64,000 nt of DNA from Chiloscyllium plagiosum (taxonomy: Eukaryota). The stretch is taken from contig NC_057724.1 of assembly GCF_004010195.1 (NCBI RefSeq), positions 30,766,085-30,830,084 of the forward strand, in the 5' to 3' direction. A program made the position numbers and the translations under genes. Positions 13,250 through 26,692 of the stretch are shown here, in pieces. The notes beneath the pieces were generated by a model. That model was not told the origin of the DNA and made no database searches. It saw only the letters and a list, made by a program, of their open reading frames with translations. Position 1 is the first letter of the stretch. Each line of letters starts with the position of its first letter.

Positions 13250-13569
13250 AACTTTATCCGAAATCCAAAAAGCTACAAAATCTGAAGGTTTTTAAAAATC
13301 TCATTAACAAGGTTGTTTGGTGTACAAACAGTTAACCCAAATCCACACCCACTCGATGCATGTCATTCAGATGTGATTGGGGCATGGCCCAGTACTGGCA
13401 GGCCTCAATTCTGTCTCAGGGCCTGTAGTACTCACCATGTCTGCTGTTCACTAAGGTTTTTTTTTAATTTCTCCGTTGAACTGTCACTTATTCTGAAATT
13501 CAAAAGAAATTCTGAATTCCGAAAACCAGCTGGTTCTGAGCATTTCAGATAAAGGATTGTGTACCTGTA
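13250..13569. mobile_element. Tc1/mariner (Tigger-like) MITE remnant
   Basis: TATCCGAAATCC-type repeats; right end TTTCAGATAAAGGATTGTGTACCTG-TA. Confidence 0.5.
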
Positions 13570-13689
13570 ATTATTTTCACTACAAATTCATTCACCCTCA
13601 ACTACAATAGAAACAATAATAGTCATAAACAGAAACCTGTCCAACAGATTAAAGACATTATCTATAACCATCACCAAATCACAAAGCTA

Positions 13690-14190
13690 GCGTACAGGTT
13701 CAGAGGTAATAGGGAAGGCAAATGGAATGCTGGTCTTGATTTCCAAAAAGAATGAAATATGAAAAGAGGGAACTCTTACTAAAATTATATTAGGTTCTCA
13801 TCAGATCACAGCTGGATTATTGTGAACAGTTTTAGACCCCTTTTCTAAAGGGGAGATATGCTGGCACTGGAGGCAGACCAGAAGGTTCAATGGGCTGATT
13901 TCGGATAAGAAGGGACCCTTATGGAGGAGAGGTTAGGCCTGTACTGAGTTTAAAAGAATGAAGCAACCTTATTGAAACATACAAGGTTCATAGCACAAAA
14001 GATGGTTTCCCTGTGTGAGAGTGCCTAGAACCAATGGGTCTAATCTCAGAATAAGGGGTCACCCTATCAAGACACAGATTAGGAATTTCTTCTGAGGATT
14101 GAATGTTTTTAGAATTGTTTAACCACAGAGGGCTGTACAGCTTAAGTTGGTCAGTATAAACAAGACTGAAATACACGTTTTTGAAATAAT
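13690..14190 (+). mobile_element. CR1-clade LINE ORF2 fragment (family B)
   Basis: Degenerate GKANGML..., LDYCEQF..P motifs. Confidence 0.65.
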
Positions 14191-15846
14191 CAAGTAACCG
14201 CAACATAATAGCTTTTTTCACACAAACCAAAAGCTTTTACTTTTCTTGTGCCTTTTTCATGGCAACCCGATCCAACTGGAAAAACTTGGAATCTATAAAT
14301 TGCTAGAAAAAAATTCAGCAGGTCTGGCAGCATCAGTGAAGAGGAAGCAGAGTTAACATTTCAGTTCCAGTGACCCTACTTCAACAAGAGATTCACAAAT
14401 GTTGCTTGTAAACAAAAAGACAGACATTGAATTATTCAAACCGACACAGAATCAATAACCTATTCATTCATTGTTTGTTGCAATGGTTAATTGTTGTAAA
14501 GGTAACGCTAAAGGCACTTAGTTCATTTATTTCCCAGAAAAGATATCATGAAATCCAACTACACCTCTTGGACTAAGATCAGAAGAATACCCTTTATGCT
14601 CCTTTACAAAACTTGATATAGCCTTCGGCAACCATACTGGAACAGATTTTTTTTTTAAAATTGGCTTTTTAAATATAACTCTGCAATTTGCTTTTAATGC
14701 ATAGATAATTGGATTAGAGCAAGCACTCATTTATAATGAAAATCACAAATGACAAACATTGCACTCTAATTTTTAAAATCAATACATGATTTTGATAGAA
14801 TAGATCAATTGTTTTCTTAACTCAGTGCATCATAAATTTCAACACTGAATTATTCAAGTCACAAAGGATCTCCATTCAGTTTGTAACTTGGAAGTTAAAC
14901 GAACTTTGTTATTCTGTTTTGCAACTCACTAAGGGAGCAACAATTTGTGTTAGCATTCTTACATCCAGTGATCCTGCTCACTCTTATTTCATTTTAGAGA
15001 TTATATGCTGATCTATGTTAAAGACATAAGATTCAGAGATAAATGTCTCAAGGTCAAACATTTCTGACATTCATCACCAGGGCTCACACTGAATAAACAG
15101 TAAATTAATAAGGTACAGCAGCAGAGCCACGGAAGCGTATTTTAAAATGAGTTTGTGCCTTCAGTAACAATACGGTCATAAGCTATGTCCTACTTTTAAA
15201 TCTTCAACTGGAAGATCACAAAGCTTAGAATAAACAAAAATGTTTAATCATAATTTCATATGGACAGCAGACAATAATTTTCTCTTGCACATTAATAATT
15301 GCATTTAAGATAGTTTTGGAAGAATAAAGGAAATATTAGTAAATGCAGACAGTAGATTTTGACAATTTTTAATTTAGGAAAACACTCCTTACGGAGGACC
15401 CAACTGCTGAATTGATAACAGTACATTGCTAGTTTGATGCACTGCATTCCATTTAATATACCTTCATGCAATCAAAACAAGTTGAATCCAAGATCAAGAG
15501 GAAAATGTTGTGAAAGCTAACTAATACTGTTACAGTTTTGTACCTTTAGTTTCTAATTTAAGATTCAATTTTGAAAGGAATATAACATGCAAATTTTATA
15601 ACTTTTTCATTTTTGAGGCATAATAATATGCAAATATCTGAGACTAAGATCAGTGAGTTTTCACCAAAGCCATGCAGTGAAACAAAAAGCAACATCCATC
15701 ATGCATTATTTTCAATTTCACACTGATGAAATCTGGAAGCTCTAACAGAACATGCATCAGTCTGTACAAAGTTTTTAAAAAGCATTGTTAACGTTTTAAA
15801 ATACTTTACAGGATCCACACTTCATTAATGGACAGGTGTACCATAC

Positions 15847-15996
15847 CTGAACTGCCATAGGTTAGTACTGGTTTAGTAGATGTTTTGAGGAAACCAGAAG
15901 AGTTTGAGAGATTGCTACACGAAGTGACATCTGTATTGGAGCTATAAGCACAGGTTGAAGCAAACGGAGTGCAATAGATGTTTCTCCATCTGTTGG
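15847..15996 (-). CDS. SLAIN-family protein, coding exon 3
   Basis: Pyrimidine tract + CTAG acceptor, CTAAC branch point at 16027-16031, CAG|GTATGG donor; 150 nt, phase 1-1, open frame ANRWRNIYCTPF...KPVLTYGSS that joins exons 2 and 4 in frame. Confidence 0.8.
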
Positions 15997-17009
15997 CTAG
16001 AGTGGAAAAGCAAAAATGCATGCACAGTTAGATATGAACACAACAGACACAGTCTGTATTGACAGTGCACATTAAAAAGAAATCTAGCTCTACTGTAGAT
16101 GTACTTTTATGTTTGTTGAGGCTAGGTTACTGCCCTCAATGCTGCAACGAGTTAGTTCATAACTGATATGGCAGGCTGTAGTTTGGATGGAAAAGCTAGC
16201 AACTTGCTCCTTACAACTCGAGACGTTGGAGTAAGTGGGTCACCAGAAGTGGGTGGATTAGCTAATTACATACTGATCACAATATGAAGATACTAAAGTA
16301 ACAAAGCAAACTCTACCACATCATACCAAGTAACATTTATTAGAAACAATCTTCCATGAGCTACCAAGGCTGCATTAGTCATTAATACTGCTACAAATTA
16401 TGATTGGCTCAAATGCTGGCATGCTTAAAAGGTTGCAAGTTCAAACCCCACTGAAGGACTTTCATGCATAATCTAAATAGACACTAGTGCAATACAAAGG
16501 ATGCATGTGGAAGATCTCTCCAAGCAATGTTCTATTTCCACATGCCAGTGCACATTCCAAAAGTTTTGGCAAGATTTAAAGAACAGGTAGTCCTTCTGAA
16601 ATCCTGGCCACTCTGCTTCCTTCAAATCAAAGTGAAATTAATTGGTCATATTTTTACTTGCAACTACTTTAAAATTCACCTTTTTCTAGGGTTATGACAT
16701 TATTTTATAGGATAGACCCAATGGTGCAAAAATAATTCAATGTATTTGGGAATGTGTACAACTGCAAAGTTGAGCTCATTTCATTTGTCTTGGTTGGCTG
16801 CCAAAGTTGGTTGCTCAGGATGACCTTTGCGACTTCACCAAGTTCTTTTGCACTTCTAGAAAATTCCACAGAGTCTTCTTGGGTGCAGGAATTCCCCGCG
16901 AACTGTACATGCCCGGGCAGCAAGTCTTTGAAATTCATACCTGGCATAGTGCAAAGCTTGCTCCAAATAGATATTCAATAGGCTGACAGACTCTAAAGCC
17001 TTCAGGATA

Positions 17010-17815
17010 GTTATATAGTGCTAATCAGTGGACTAGTAACCATGGGCCAGGCCAACACTCAAGAGATGGGTACAAGTCTCACCAGGGCAGCTTTCTTAAA
17101 AGAAAATTCCTTCATAGGGCATTGCTGGCTAGTCCAGCATTTATTGCCCCTCACCAATTGCACAGAGGGCAGTTAAGAGTCTACTGTGTTTGCTGTGGGT
17201 CTGGAGTCACATACAAGCCAGAACAAGGAAGGATGACAATTTCCTTTCCTGAAGGACATTAGTGAACCAGATGGGTGTTTCCCCCCGACAATCAGCAACA
17301 GCTGCCTGGTAATCATTAGACTCTCAGGTTTATTTGGAAGTACTAGCTTTCGGAGCACAGCTCCATGTTGTGCGACTTTTAAACTTTGTCCACCCCTGTC
17401 CAAGACCAACACCTCCACATCGTCAATAGACTCCTAATTCAAGATTTTTATTGAATTCAAATTCCCAGTGCTGTGACAGGATTTGAACCCAAGGCCCCCA
17501 GAACATTACCTGGGCCTCTGGGTTAACAGTCAAGCGATAACAACACTAGGCCATAATCTACCCTTAGAGAAATTTAAAATCAGGCATTCAAACTTGGTTT
17601 CACACGTCACTGAGACTCTCAATTTTTGTTTTTAAAAAAAAAGTCAGTCGAGTTCAATGTCCTTTAGAAGGAAGTAAATCTGCCATGCATACCTGATCTA
17701 GCCAATGTGACTCAGACCAACAGGAAGGTGACTGACTTTGAAATGGCCGAAAAGTCATTCAATCTAAGGGCAACTGCTGTTGGACTTGCCAATGATACTG
17801 ATGTCCCACGAAAGG
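17010..17815. mobile_element. Nested Deu-domain-type SINEs (plus copy interrupted by a minus copy 17105-17555, itself interrupted by a PLE fragment 17324-17426)
   Basis: Deu-like core (GTTCACTAATGTCCTT.AGG.AAGGAAAT...TGTGACTCCAGACCCACAGC) on both strands; TAGACTC duplication at 17317 and 17427. Confidence 0.6.
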
Positions 17816-20116
17816 ATTTTAAAAGTGAAATAGGCAACATTGTAGTTTAGAACAGATCGTTTTACAAACACATCAGCAGTACAAAGACAGCAGCTTATTA
17901 ATGACTGCAGCTAGATAAAGCATTTAGGAATTCTGAGCGCAAGGGAATTTGATGCAATAAAACTCAAGGTCCAATCTAGCTAAATAAATACAAAAAAAAA
18001 ACTTAAAAATTAAGCAGGACTAAGTAACAGCGACATGGGCAGAACTCTAGCTACTTAGAAAGCAAGGGGAAAAATAACAGCCACTTCAGTCTGGACTGCC
18101 ACTTGAAGAATCGAAGTGTGGTGCCACTAAGAAGGAAGCAATTGATTGATAAGTCTCCAACTGAAGGGTCCGAAAGAAAGCTCGATGAGATACCAGTTTA
18201 TAAAGCTTATTTCATTCAGAACAACCAACATGTCAAGAGCTATAGAAAAAGATGAAACTGATCACATTTCCTGTCTTCCAAGTTGTATACATGAAATCCA
18301 ACTCTCAGACCCCTTCCAGAATTTAGGGAGCTCAATTCAAAACTCTATTAAATAGGTGCATTCTTGTAGATGTTAATATATAATATCTCCTTATGTATAA
18401 GGAGATCTTAAAACAAATGTTTCAAATAATTTGTTTCATGCAGATGAATTGCACATATAATTGAAGAGTGATGTTTTGTCATAAATATTCTTGTGGAGCA
18501 TGCACTAATTATATAGATCTGCTAAATGATATGAGAGCAAGGTGCATGCAGTAAGAATGAATTAGTTTTGGATGCCTTGAAAAATATCCACATCCAGATT
18601 TAATCTATTATTCTTCCCTTTAGGCATGTGATTTAGGTTATTGGTGATGTTCTCTTTTCCTGACTTTTGTGCAAGTGAAAGGACCATATGCTAACAGCTT
18701 CAGTTTTCCAGTTGTACCTTTTACATTTTGATACCTCCTGAACATTGAGTAAGATCTGAGTGTTGTCTTAAGTTGGGTGTAGGAACTGGCAGTAATAAAT
18801 CCACAGAACTTACACAAACAAGTGCATGTTGAACAGTAACCTAAAAGACCACTTTGCTTTACTAAACTTTTCCTCCACCACAAGTCCATCCCAAAAGGTC
18901 TGAAATATGTTTAACCAGTGAGTGTATGCTTAACACATCTAATCCAACACACACGTGTGCCTCTGTTACTTGCAGGCATTACTGTCGGCACTCACCTGTT
19001 TCTTTCTTTTCAGCAATGTGCCAAAGGGACTATGATTGAATATTGAGGATGGAGCTGCCCCAAGTTCTATTTCATAGGTTGTACAACCCACTTTACAACA
19101 CCTTGTGCAGCGGGCACCTCATTATTACTATTCCTTTGATTTGTTGTCTAGAAGATGACAATCTTGGCATTGGTAATTATTAGATTTGGGTTAGAAGCGG
19201 ATAAAGGTAATTTCAGAAAATGATTGGCATTAGAGGGAGCTAAATATGTTTAATAGGAAAATGGGAGGAGGAGATGAAAGGACATCTGACCAGATTTGCT
19301 TTAAATCTGCAAAACAAAGCTCTTCCAATGTCTTCAGTCTGTAAGACATTACCTGTAGCTGAACTTCAGAAATTTAGAAGGCAGATAATGTTTTTATATA
19401 TAATTAAATATATGTGGGAAATTCTTATGAAGGAGAACAAATAATACTTCTAATAAACTCAGGATTATGCAAATGTTCCTTTAGGTCAAAATCTGACCAC
19501 TTTATGTTTTTAGTAGGATGCATGGCATCAACCGAATAATTGACGAATACAAATAAAATGAGTTGAAGAATGCTTTTCTGATGAATCTGTTTTGATGTGA
19601 TTAATATCAGAATTAAGCACCTAACCGTAAATCTAGATCAGTATTTATTTCACCATAATTTTGCAAGTGACTGATTCCTTCGTTAGCTGGATCAAAAGGT
19701 ATAAAATTGTTGGGAGCTACTGCTTGCTCAGAATTCTGGATATTGAGGGGCTCATTATTTTTGCACTCTTGACATAGTGCAAAGTAAAAATATGGTGTGC
19801 ACATTGAAGTCGAAATAGTTGGCCAGGTAATATTTTTGTGCAGGACATGTTGGGTCATCATTTCTTTAGCTGTCATTTTAATGGACTTCCAATATGACCG
19901 TCACAGCTTCAAGTATGTTATATTTTGACTGAACACGGTGAATGGGCATATTTGGTGGTTGGTCAGTCAAATAATGGTGTAACTAGCTTTTCAGTAAAGT
20001 GTAATGAGTGTTTAATAGTTTTCACATCTTGTACCCTGATTTGTGAAATTACACAAAATGCAGCTCACCTTCAAATTTTCAGATGTTGCACTTCCAAAGG
20101 GAAGGTCATCCATTAT

Positions 20117-20402
20117 GGATGGCATGATGGCTAGCACTGCTGCCTCAGTGTCAGGGATCCGGATTCAATTCCACCCTCAGGTGATTGTGTGGAGTTTGCA
20201 CATTCTGCTAGTATCTGTGTTGGATTCCTCGAAGTGCTCTAGCTTCCTCCCATAATCCAAGGATGTGTGGGTGAGGTGAATTGTCCATGGCAATACAGGA
20301 TTGGGTTGGAGGGGGAGAGGGTTGAAGGAGTGTAGTCTTTGGTGGGTCAGTATGGACTTGATGCCAAATGGCCTGCTCCCATTCTGTAGGGATTCTATGA
20401 TT
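20117..20402 (+). mobile_element. HE1-type V-SINE, diverged
   Basis: tRNA-like head, TGTGTGGAGTTTGCACATTCT V-domain, CR1-like tail. Confidence 0.75.
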
Positions 20403-20559
20403 CGACTTTAGAAAAAAGTGTAAATACATGCAATGTAAAAAAAATCAAGTGTTTTACACGACTCAGATGCCTACTTTAGAGTCACAGGAATGATGGAGAA
20501 AGGGAGAGTAATTTTGTTTTCTAGTCTACAGTTTGAACATAAATTTAGGCACGGCAGGG

Positions 20560-21520
20560 CTATGGCTAAGCTTGACATGGCCTGCAGGCACATGCTCAGG
20601 AAGTGTCACCAGCTGCAGGAAGTAGAACCTGGGATTCAGAAAATACCAGATGACAACACCAAGAACTGTGAAGATGACACTTTTATTTTTCCAGAGGGCA
20701 GGGCAGGAGAAGAATGCTTGCACATGCAGCTATCAAAGAAAGTAGATGCGAGTGCTGGACTCTGTCTTGTCTCACTGGTGACAGGAACAAAGCTATCACT
20801 GAGCTGTTCCAGTATATTTTTCTGCCAGAGGTTGAGATTGTGGTAACAATAAGATAGGTAGAAAGAAGGATACAGCCCAAGAAGCACAGATGAAGAATTT
20901 ACAAAAGAAAGAGTTGTAAGAGGAGATCTTCTAAGGCAGCACCACAAAACGAGAAGAAATAAACACAGAAAATGGATTAGGAGGGAGGGTTTTCAATTTC
21001 TACAGTCTGATTCTGGGGCAGATAGGTCTTGCACAAGGAGAACAGGTCACTTAAGATGTTGGAGAAAGGAAGGTCATTTGGCTCACAGTCTACTTAGCCA
21101 TTCAATGAGATAGTGGCCAATCTGATAACCCTCAAATCCATTTTACTGCTTTATTCCCATAATGATTCCGATTCTTTTTTAAAATAATCCTTCCTCAGTC
21201 CTTGAACACACAACCCAGCCTCCACAGCCTTCTGCAGTCAAGAATTCTGGAGATTGACTTTCCACAAAACATTCCTCTTCATCTATCTTAAGTGGGTAAC
21301 TCCTTACTCAGATTATGCCCTCTGGTCCTCGACTCTCCCACAAAGGAAATCAACCTCTCATCTAGCCAGTCAGGTCACCTAAGAATTTTATATATTACAA
21401 TAAAGTTTCTTCTCACTCATTCTTCAAGTGCAATGATTAGAAGTCTAACATACTCAACCTCTTTGCATTACAAAAGCCCTTCTTGCACATGGATGTCATC
21501 AAGTTGCCTTCTCAACTGTT
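20560..21520. mobile_element. CR1 ORF1 remnant (+, 20560-21045) and CR1 family-B 3' fragment (-, 21052-21520)
   Basis: RKCHQLQE zinc-finger-like and REGFQFL esterase-end motifs; reverse-strand CR1 3' end. Confidence 0.55.
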
Positions 21521-21817
21521 GCATTCTTTGGGATAACTATGATTTTAACCCAGTGACAGTGAAGGAACATTGATATAGCTCCAAATCAGGAAGGAGTGAG
21601 ACTTGGAGGGAAACTTGCAGATGGTGGTGTTTGTGTGCTGCCCTTGTCCATCTAAATGGTAGAGATTACAGTTTGTGAGATGTTGTTGAAGGAGCCTTTG
21701 GCAATTACTGCATTGTAACTTATGGGTGGCACACAGCTTCCAGTGCTGAAGGGAATGAATGTCAAAGTTGTTAGATATGGTGCCAATCATGCAGGCTGCT
21801 TTGTGCCGGTTGGTGTC

Positions 21818-23245
21818 AAAGAGATGTACAGCACGGAAACAGTCCAACTCGTCCATGATGACCAGATATCCTACCCTAATATAGTCCCATTTGCCAGTAC
21901 TTGACCCATATCCCTCTAAACCCTTCCTATTCATATACCCATCCAGATACCTTTTAAAAAAGGTTGTAACTGTACCATCCTCCACCACTGCCTCCAGCAG
22001 CTCATTCCACACATGCACCACCCGCTGTGTGAAAACATTGCCACCTAGGTCCTTTAAATCTTGCCCCTGACATCCCAAAGGTATATCCTCTAGTTCTGGA
22101 CTTACCCACCCAGGGAAGAGACTTTGTCTATTTATCAAATCCATGCCCCTCATGATTTTATAAACCTCTATAAGGATACCCCTCAGCCCCCGACACTTCA
22201 GGGAAAACAGACCTAGCCTGTTCAACTTCTCCCTCAAGCTCAAATCCTCCAACCCTGGCAACATCCTTGTAAATCTTTTCTGAACCCTTTCACAACATCC
22301 TTCCAACCAGAATTGCACGCAATATCCCAAAAGTGGCCTAACCAACCTCCTGTACAGCTGCAACATGGCCACCCAACTCCTACACTCTACTGGTCAGAGC
22401 ATTAAGAAAAGCATACTAAATGCCTTCTTCACTATCCTATCTACCTGCGACCCATTTTCAAGGAGAAATGAACTTGCACTCCAAGGTCTTTGTTCAGCAA
22501 CAATCCCCAGGTCCTTACCATTAAGGTGGATAGGTTCTGCTCTGAATTGCCTTTCCAAAATGCAGCACCTCGCAGTTGATCTAAATTAAACTCCATCTGC
22601 CACTTTTCAGCCTATTGGCCCATCTGATCAAGATCCCATTGTACTCTGAAGTAACCTTCTTCACTGTCCGCTACACCTCCAATTTTGGTGTCATCTGCAA
22701 CATCCAAATCATTTTATATAAATGACAAATGGACCCAGCACAGATCCCAGTGGCATTCCACTGGTCACAGGCCCCCAGTCTGAAAAGCAACCCTCCACCA
22801 TCATTCTCTGTCTACCTTCAAGCCAGTTTTATATCCAAATGATTAGTTATCCCTGTATTCCACAAGATCTAATCTTGCTCACTAGTCTCCCAGGTGGAAC
22901 CTTGCTAAATGCCTTATTGACGTCCATATAGATCATTCTACCACTCCGCCCTCATCAATCCTCTTTATTACTTCTTCAAAAAACTCAATCAAGTTTGCGT
23001 AACATGATTTCCCACGCACAAAGCCATGTTGACTATCCCTAATCAGTCCTTGCCTTTTCAAATACATGCACATCCTGTCCCTCAGGATTTCATCCAACAC
23101 CTTGCCCACAACCAATATCAGACTCACAGGTCTATAGTTCCCTGGCTTTTCCTTACCACCTTTTTTAAACAGTGGCACCATGTTAGCCAACCTCCTGTCC
23201 TCCAGCACCTCATCTGTGACCATCGATGATATAGATATCATAGCA
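21818..23245 (-). mobile_element. CR1 family-A 3' half, inserted into an older LINE (21545-21815 and 23300-23535)
   Basis: ORFs PLFKKGGKEKPGNYRPVSL, LVRPLLGYCVQFW, RVVHVWNEL. Confidence 0.9.
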
Positions 23246-23557
23246 AGGGTCCTTTGTGCAACTTCAAACATCAGGCAAATGGAGAGTAACCTCTGACACT
23301 CCCGACTCATGCACAGCAGATGACAGATGGACAGTGGGGAAGAAAAAGGGCAGGAATTGCTTACTGCAGAATTTCTAATCAAAGACCTGCTCCTGTAGAA
23401 AGTATTTTATGGCTGGCCCAATTCACTTTCTGGTCGATGCTAACCTTGAACGTTGATAGCAGGAGATTCAGCAAATCTAATGCCATTTAACATCAATGCA
23501 AGGGTAGATTCCCTTTACAGGGGTGGGCACTAGCATACCACTAATGGGACAGTGATA

Positions 23558-24230
23558 CAAGACCATAAGACATTGGCCTAATTTCTGCTACCTTCAGCCA
23601 ATCGGGGCTGCTCGCCATTCAATCATGGCTGGCATGTTTCTCAATCCCATTCTCCCCATAACCCTGGACAATCCAGTATGTACATATCTCAGTCTTAAAT
23701 ATACTCAATGACCTGGCCTCCACAGGCTTCTGTGGCAGCGAATTCCATAGATTCACCATACTCTGGTTGAAGGAGTTTCTCCTTCTCTCCATTCTAAAAA
23801 TGTATTCTCTAAACTCTAAGGCTGTGCCTTAAGTCCTGGACTCTCCCTCCAACGGAAACACCTTCCCAACATCCACTCTGTTCAGGCCAATCAGTATTCT
23901 GTAAGTTTCTAAAGATTTCCCCTCATCCTTCTAAACTCCGAATATAGACCAAAAGTCCTCAAATGTTCTTCATGTGAGACGCTTTTCATTACTGGTTCCC
24001 TGGCTTTTCCTTACCACCTTAAAGCTGTGGTACACATTAGCCAACCTGCAGTCTTCCAGCATTCTTGTGAACCTCCTCTGAACCCATTCCAGGGCTAGTA
24101 TATCCTTCCTGAGATATGGACCCAAAACTGCTCACAATACTCTAATTGTGGTCAGACCAGAGCTTTATAGAGCCTCAGAAGTATATCACTGCTTTTATAT
24201 TCAAGTCCTCTCAAAATAAGTACTAAATTG
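23558..24230 (-). mobile_element. CR1 family-B 3' fragment
   Basis: Reverse of ORF2 end / 3'UTR with GACCATAAGACAT tail. Confidence 0.75.
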
Positions 24231-24959
24231 CACATCAGAAACATGCTATCAACCGTACTATACAGATAATGTCAGGTTGCTGTTTGATCAGTCTGACTAA
24301 TTTAAAGCAACCAGTCAGAGGATGGGAACCAGAGGGAACTCTAATGCGAGAAAAACAAAACTAACAATTGTTAAGTATTGCTGTAGTAAACGAAAGTGGA
24401 AGACAGCACAAACAAGTACCAGCGAGTCACATTGTGGAATAGAATAATGTTAAAAGCACATAATTAAAAGGCACTCTGAATGCATGCAGTTTTCATAATA
24501 AAGCAGGTGAATTGACAGGAGAAATAAGCCAGCATGATCTGGTTGTGATGGAGATGGGATTTAAGAGTAGCCACTGGCAGGCACTGAACATTAAAAAAAA
24601 AGACATTTAGGAAAGATAGGCCTCAAAGAAAAGAAGGTGGGTTAATTATGATAAGGGATAAGAACACTGTTAGTAAGGAAAAAGTATGGGGTCAGGAGGG
24701 TGGTGTTGGGGCTGGGGGCGGTGTTGGAGCCGGGGGGGGGGTCGGACGGAATTGGTGATGTCATGGTGGGGGGGGTTGGGGATTCGCATGCTGTGCGCTA
24801 CTGCAGTCTCCTGAATGGGGAGCAGACTTTGAACACACCAAGCCCCAGAGGAAAAAGGCATTTAAAATCGATTAACTGAGTAATCGATTACCTGAATGAA
24901 ATAATGCCCGCACATCATGTTTGGATACTCGAGGTTCCCCTGTATAGTGTTTCATGCAG

Positions 24960-26640
24960 AACCTCCTGGACAAGCAGAACAGACAACAACGGGGAACCTA
25001 TCAACAAGGACTGCTTACTCAAACTACTAGACTTGCGTTTGACGTCACTTCACATTCAACAACCAAATATACAAACAGCTCAGTGGAACACCTATGTGCT
25101 TACCAATTTCTGGGCAAATAGCAGAAGTAGTGATGCAAAGACTGGAATAAACACCTCTCCCACAAATCCAACCCAAACTCTGGATCAGATAAGTGGACGA
25201 CACTTTTGTTATCATTAAGAGAACAGAAATTTCACGCGCACACACACCGGATCATCAATACCATGCTCACAGGGATCACATTTACAAGAGGAAGAAACCA
25301 ACAATCAAATCCCATTCCTGGACGTGATGGTAGAAAGAACATATAATGGTAAATGCATCAAAGTGTACAAGAAAACCATATGCACATGCCGACCAGGCCC
25401 TGAACAACACAGAAACCACAAACACACACAAGAGATGCTGCATTGGGACCCTGTACAAAAGGGCAAAAAACATTGCAACACTCCCGACCTATGAAGGGAA
25501 TAACCCCTCTACAGAGTATCCACCAACAATGTATATCCCCGCAACTTCATCTGCAGATGGCTAACAGACGAACAAGGCGACAAGGAAATGCCACTATCCA
25601 TGCTACCTTACATGAAAAGGTCTCAGAACTGACAGCCGGACTTCTCCGACCATTGGGATTCAAAAGAACCCATAAACCAATAGCCAGGCTCAGACAACTC
25701 AAATTCTGGATTAGTGATGCTGGAAAATCACATCAGTTCAGGCAGTATCCGAGGAGCAGTAAAATCCTGCGGTGGCAGGGGAGGGTGCCAGGACGGGAGG
25801 GTGGGTTGTGGGGGGGGGGCGTGGACCTGACCAGGTAGTCACGGAAAACCTGTGCCCACACCACCTCCCTCACCTCCATCCAAGGCCCTAAAGGAGCCTT
25901 CTACATCCATCAAAGTTTTACCTGCACATCCACCAATATCATTTATTGTATCCGTCGCTCCCGATGCGGTCTCCTCTACATTGGGGAGACTGGATGCCTC
26001 CTAGCAAAGCGCTTTAGGGAACATCTCTGGAACACCCGGACCAATCAACTACACAACCCTGTGGCCGAACATTTCAACTCCCCCTCCCACTCTGCTGAGG
26101 ACATGGAGACTCTGGGCCTCCTTCACCATCGCTCCCTCACCACCTGACGCCTGGAGGAAGAACACCTCATCTTCTGCCTCGGAACACTTCAATCCCAGGG
26201 CATCAATGTGGACTTTAACAGTTTCCTCGTTTCCCCTTTCCCCCACCTCACCCTAGTTCCAAACTTCCAGCTCAGCACTGTCCCCATGACTTGTCCTACC
26301 TGCCTATCTTCTTTTCCACCCTCCTCCCTGACCTATCACCTTCACCCCCTTCCCCACTCACCTATTGTATTCTATGCTACTTTCTCCCTACCCCCACCCT
26401 CCTCTCATTTATCTCTCCATCCTTCAGGCACTCTGCCTGTATTCCTGAAGGGCTTTTGCCCGAAACGTCGATTTTACTGCTCCTCGGATGCTGCCTGAGC
26501 TGCTGTGGTTTTCCAGCACCACTAATCCAGAATCTGGTTTCCAGCATCTGCAGTCATTGAGCTATCTGAGGTAAAAACAAAGCAGAAGACCCTATACCCA
26601 TCACTTGCAAGACAAACGCAATTTACAAGATATCCTGAAC
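24960..26640 (+). mobile_element. Decayed Penelope element containing a nested second-family fold-back Penelope (25703-26560)
   Basis: Host RT motifs (WIR.VDDTFVI, IPFLDVMV, NTHKRCCIGTL); insert has GIY-YIG (IIYCIR.SRCGLLYIGET...VAEHFN), inverted arms 25703-25766 / 26470-26533 and a damaged hammerhead at ~26445-26470. Confidence 0.85.
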
Positions 26641-26692
26641 AAAAGACTGCATGAAACCTGAGTATTTTATTCAGTTAGCACATTCAACTTAC

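Noticed and set aside
15393-15406. Candidate microexon CAG/CAG...CC|GTAAGG
   Set aside because: 11 or 14 nt (frameshifting), with a weak donor and no pyrimidine tract.
18385-18406. 10-bp perfect inverted repeat ATCTCCTTAT-GT-ATAAGGAGAT
   Set aside because: Short, AT-rich and isolated; plausible by chance.
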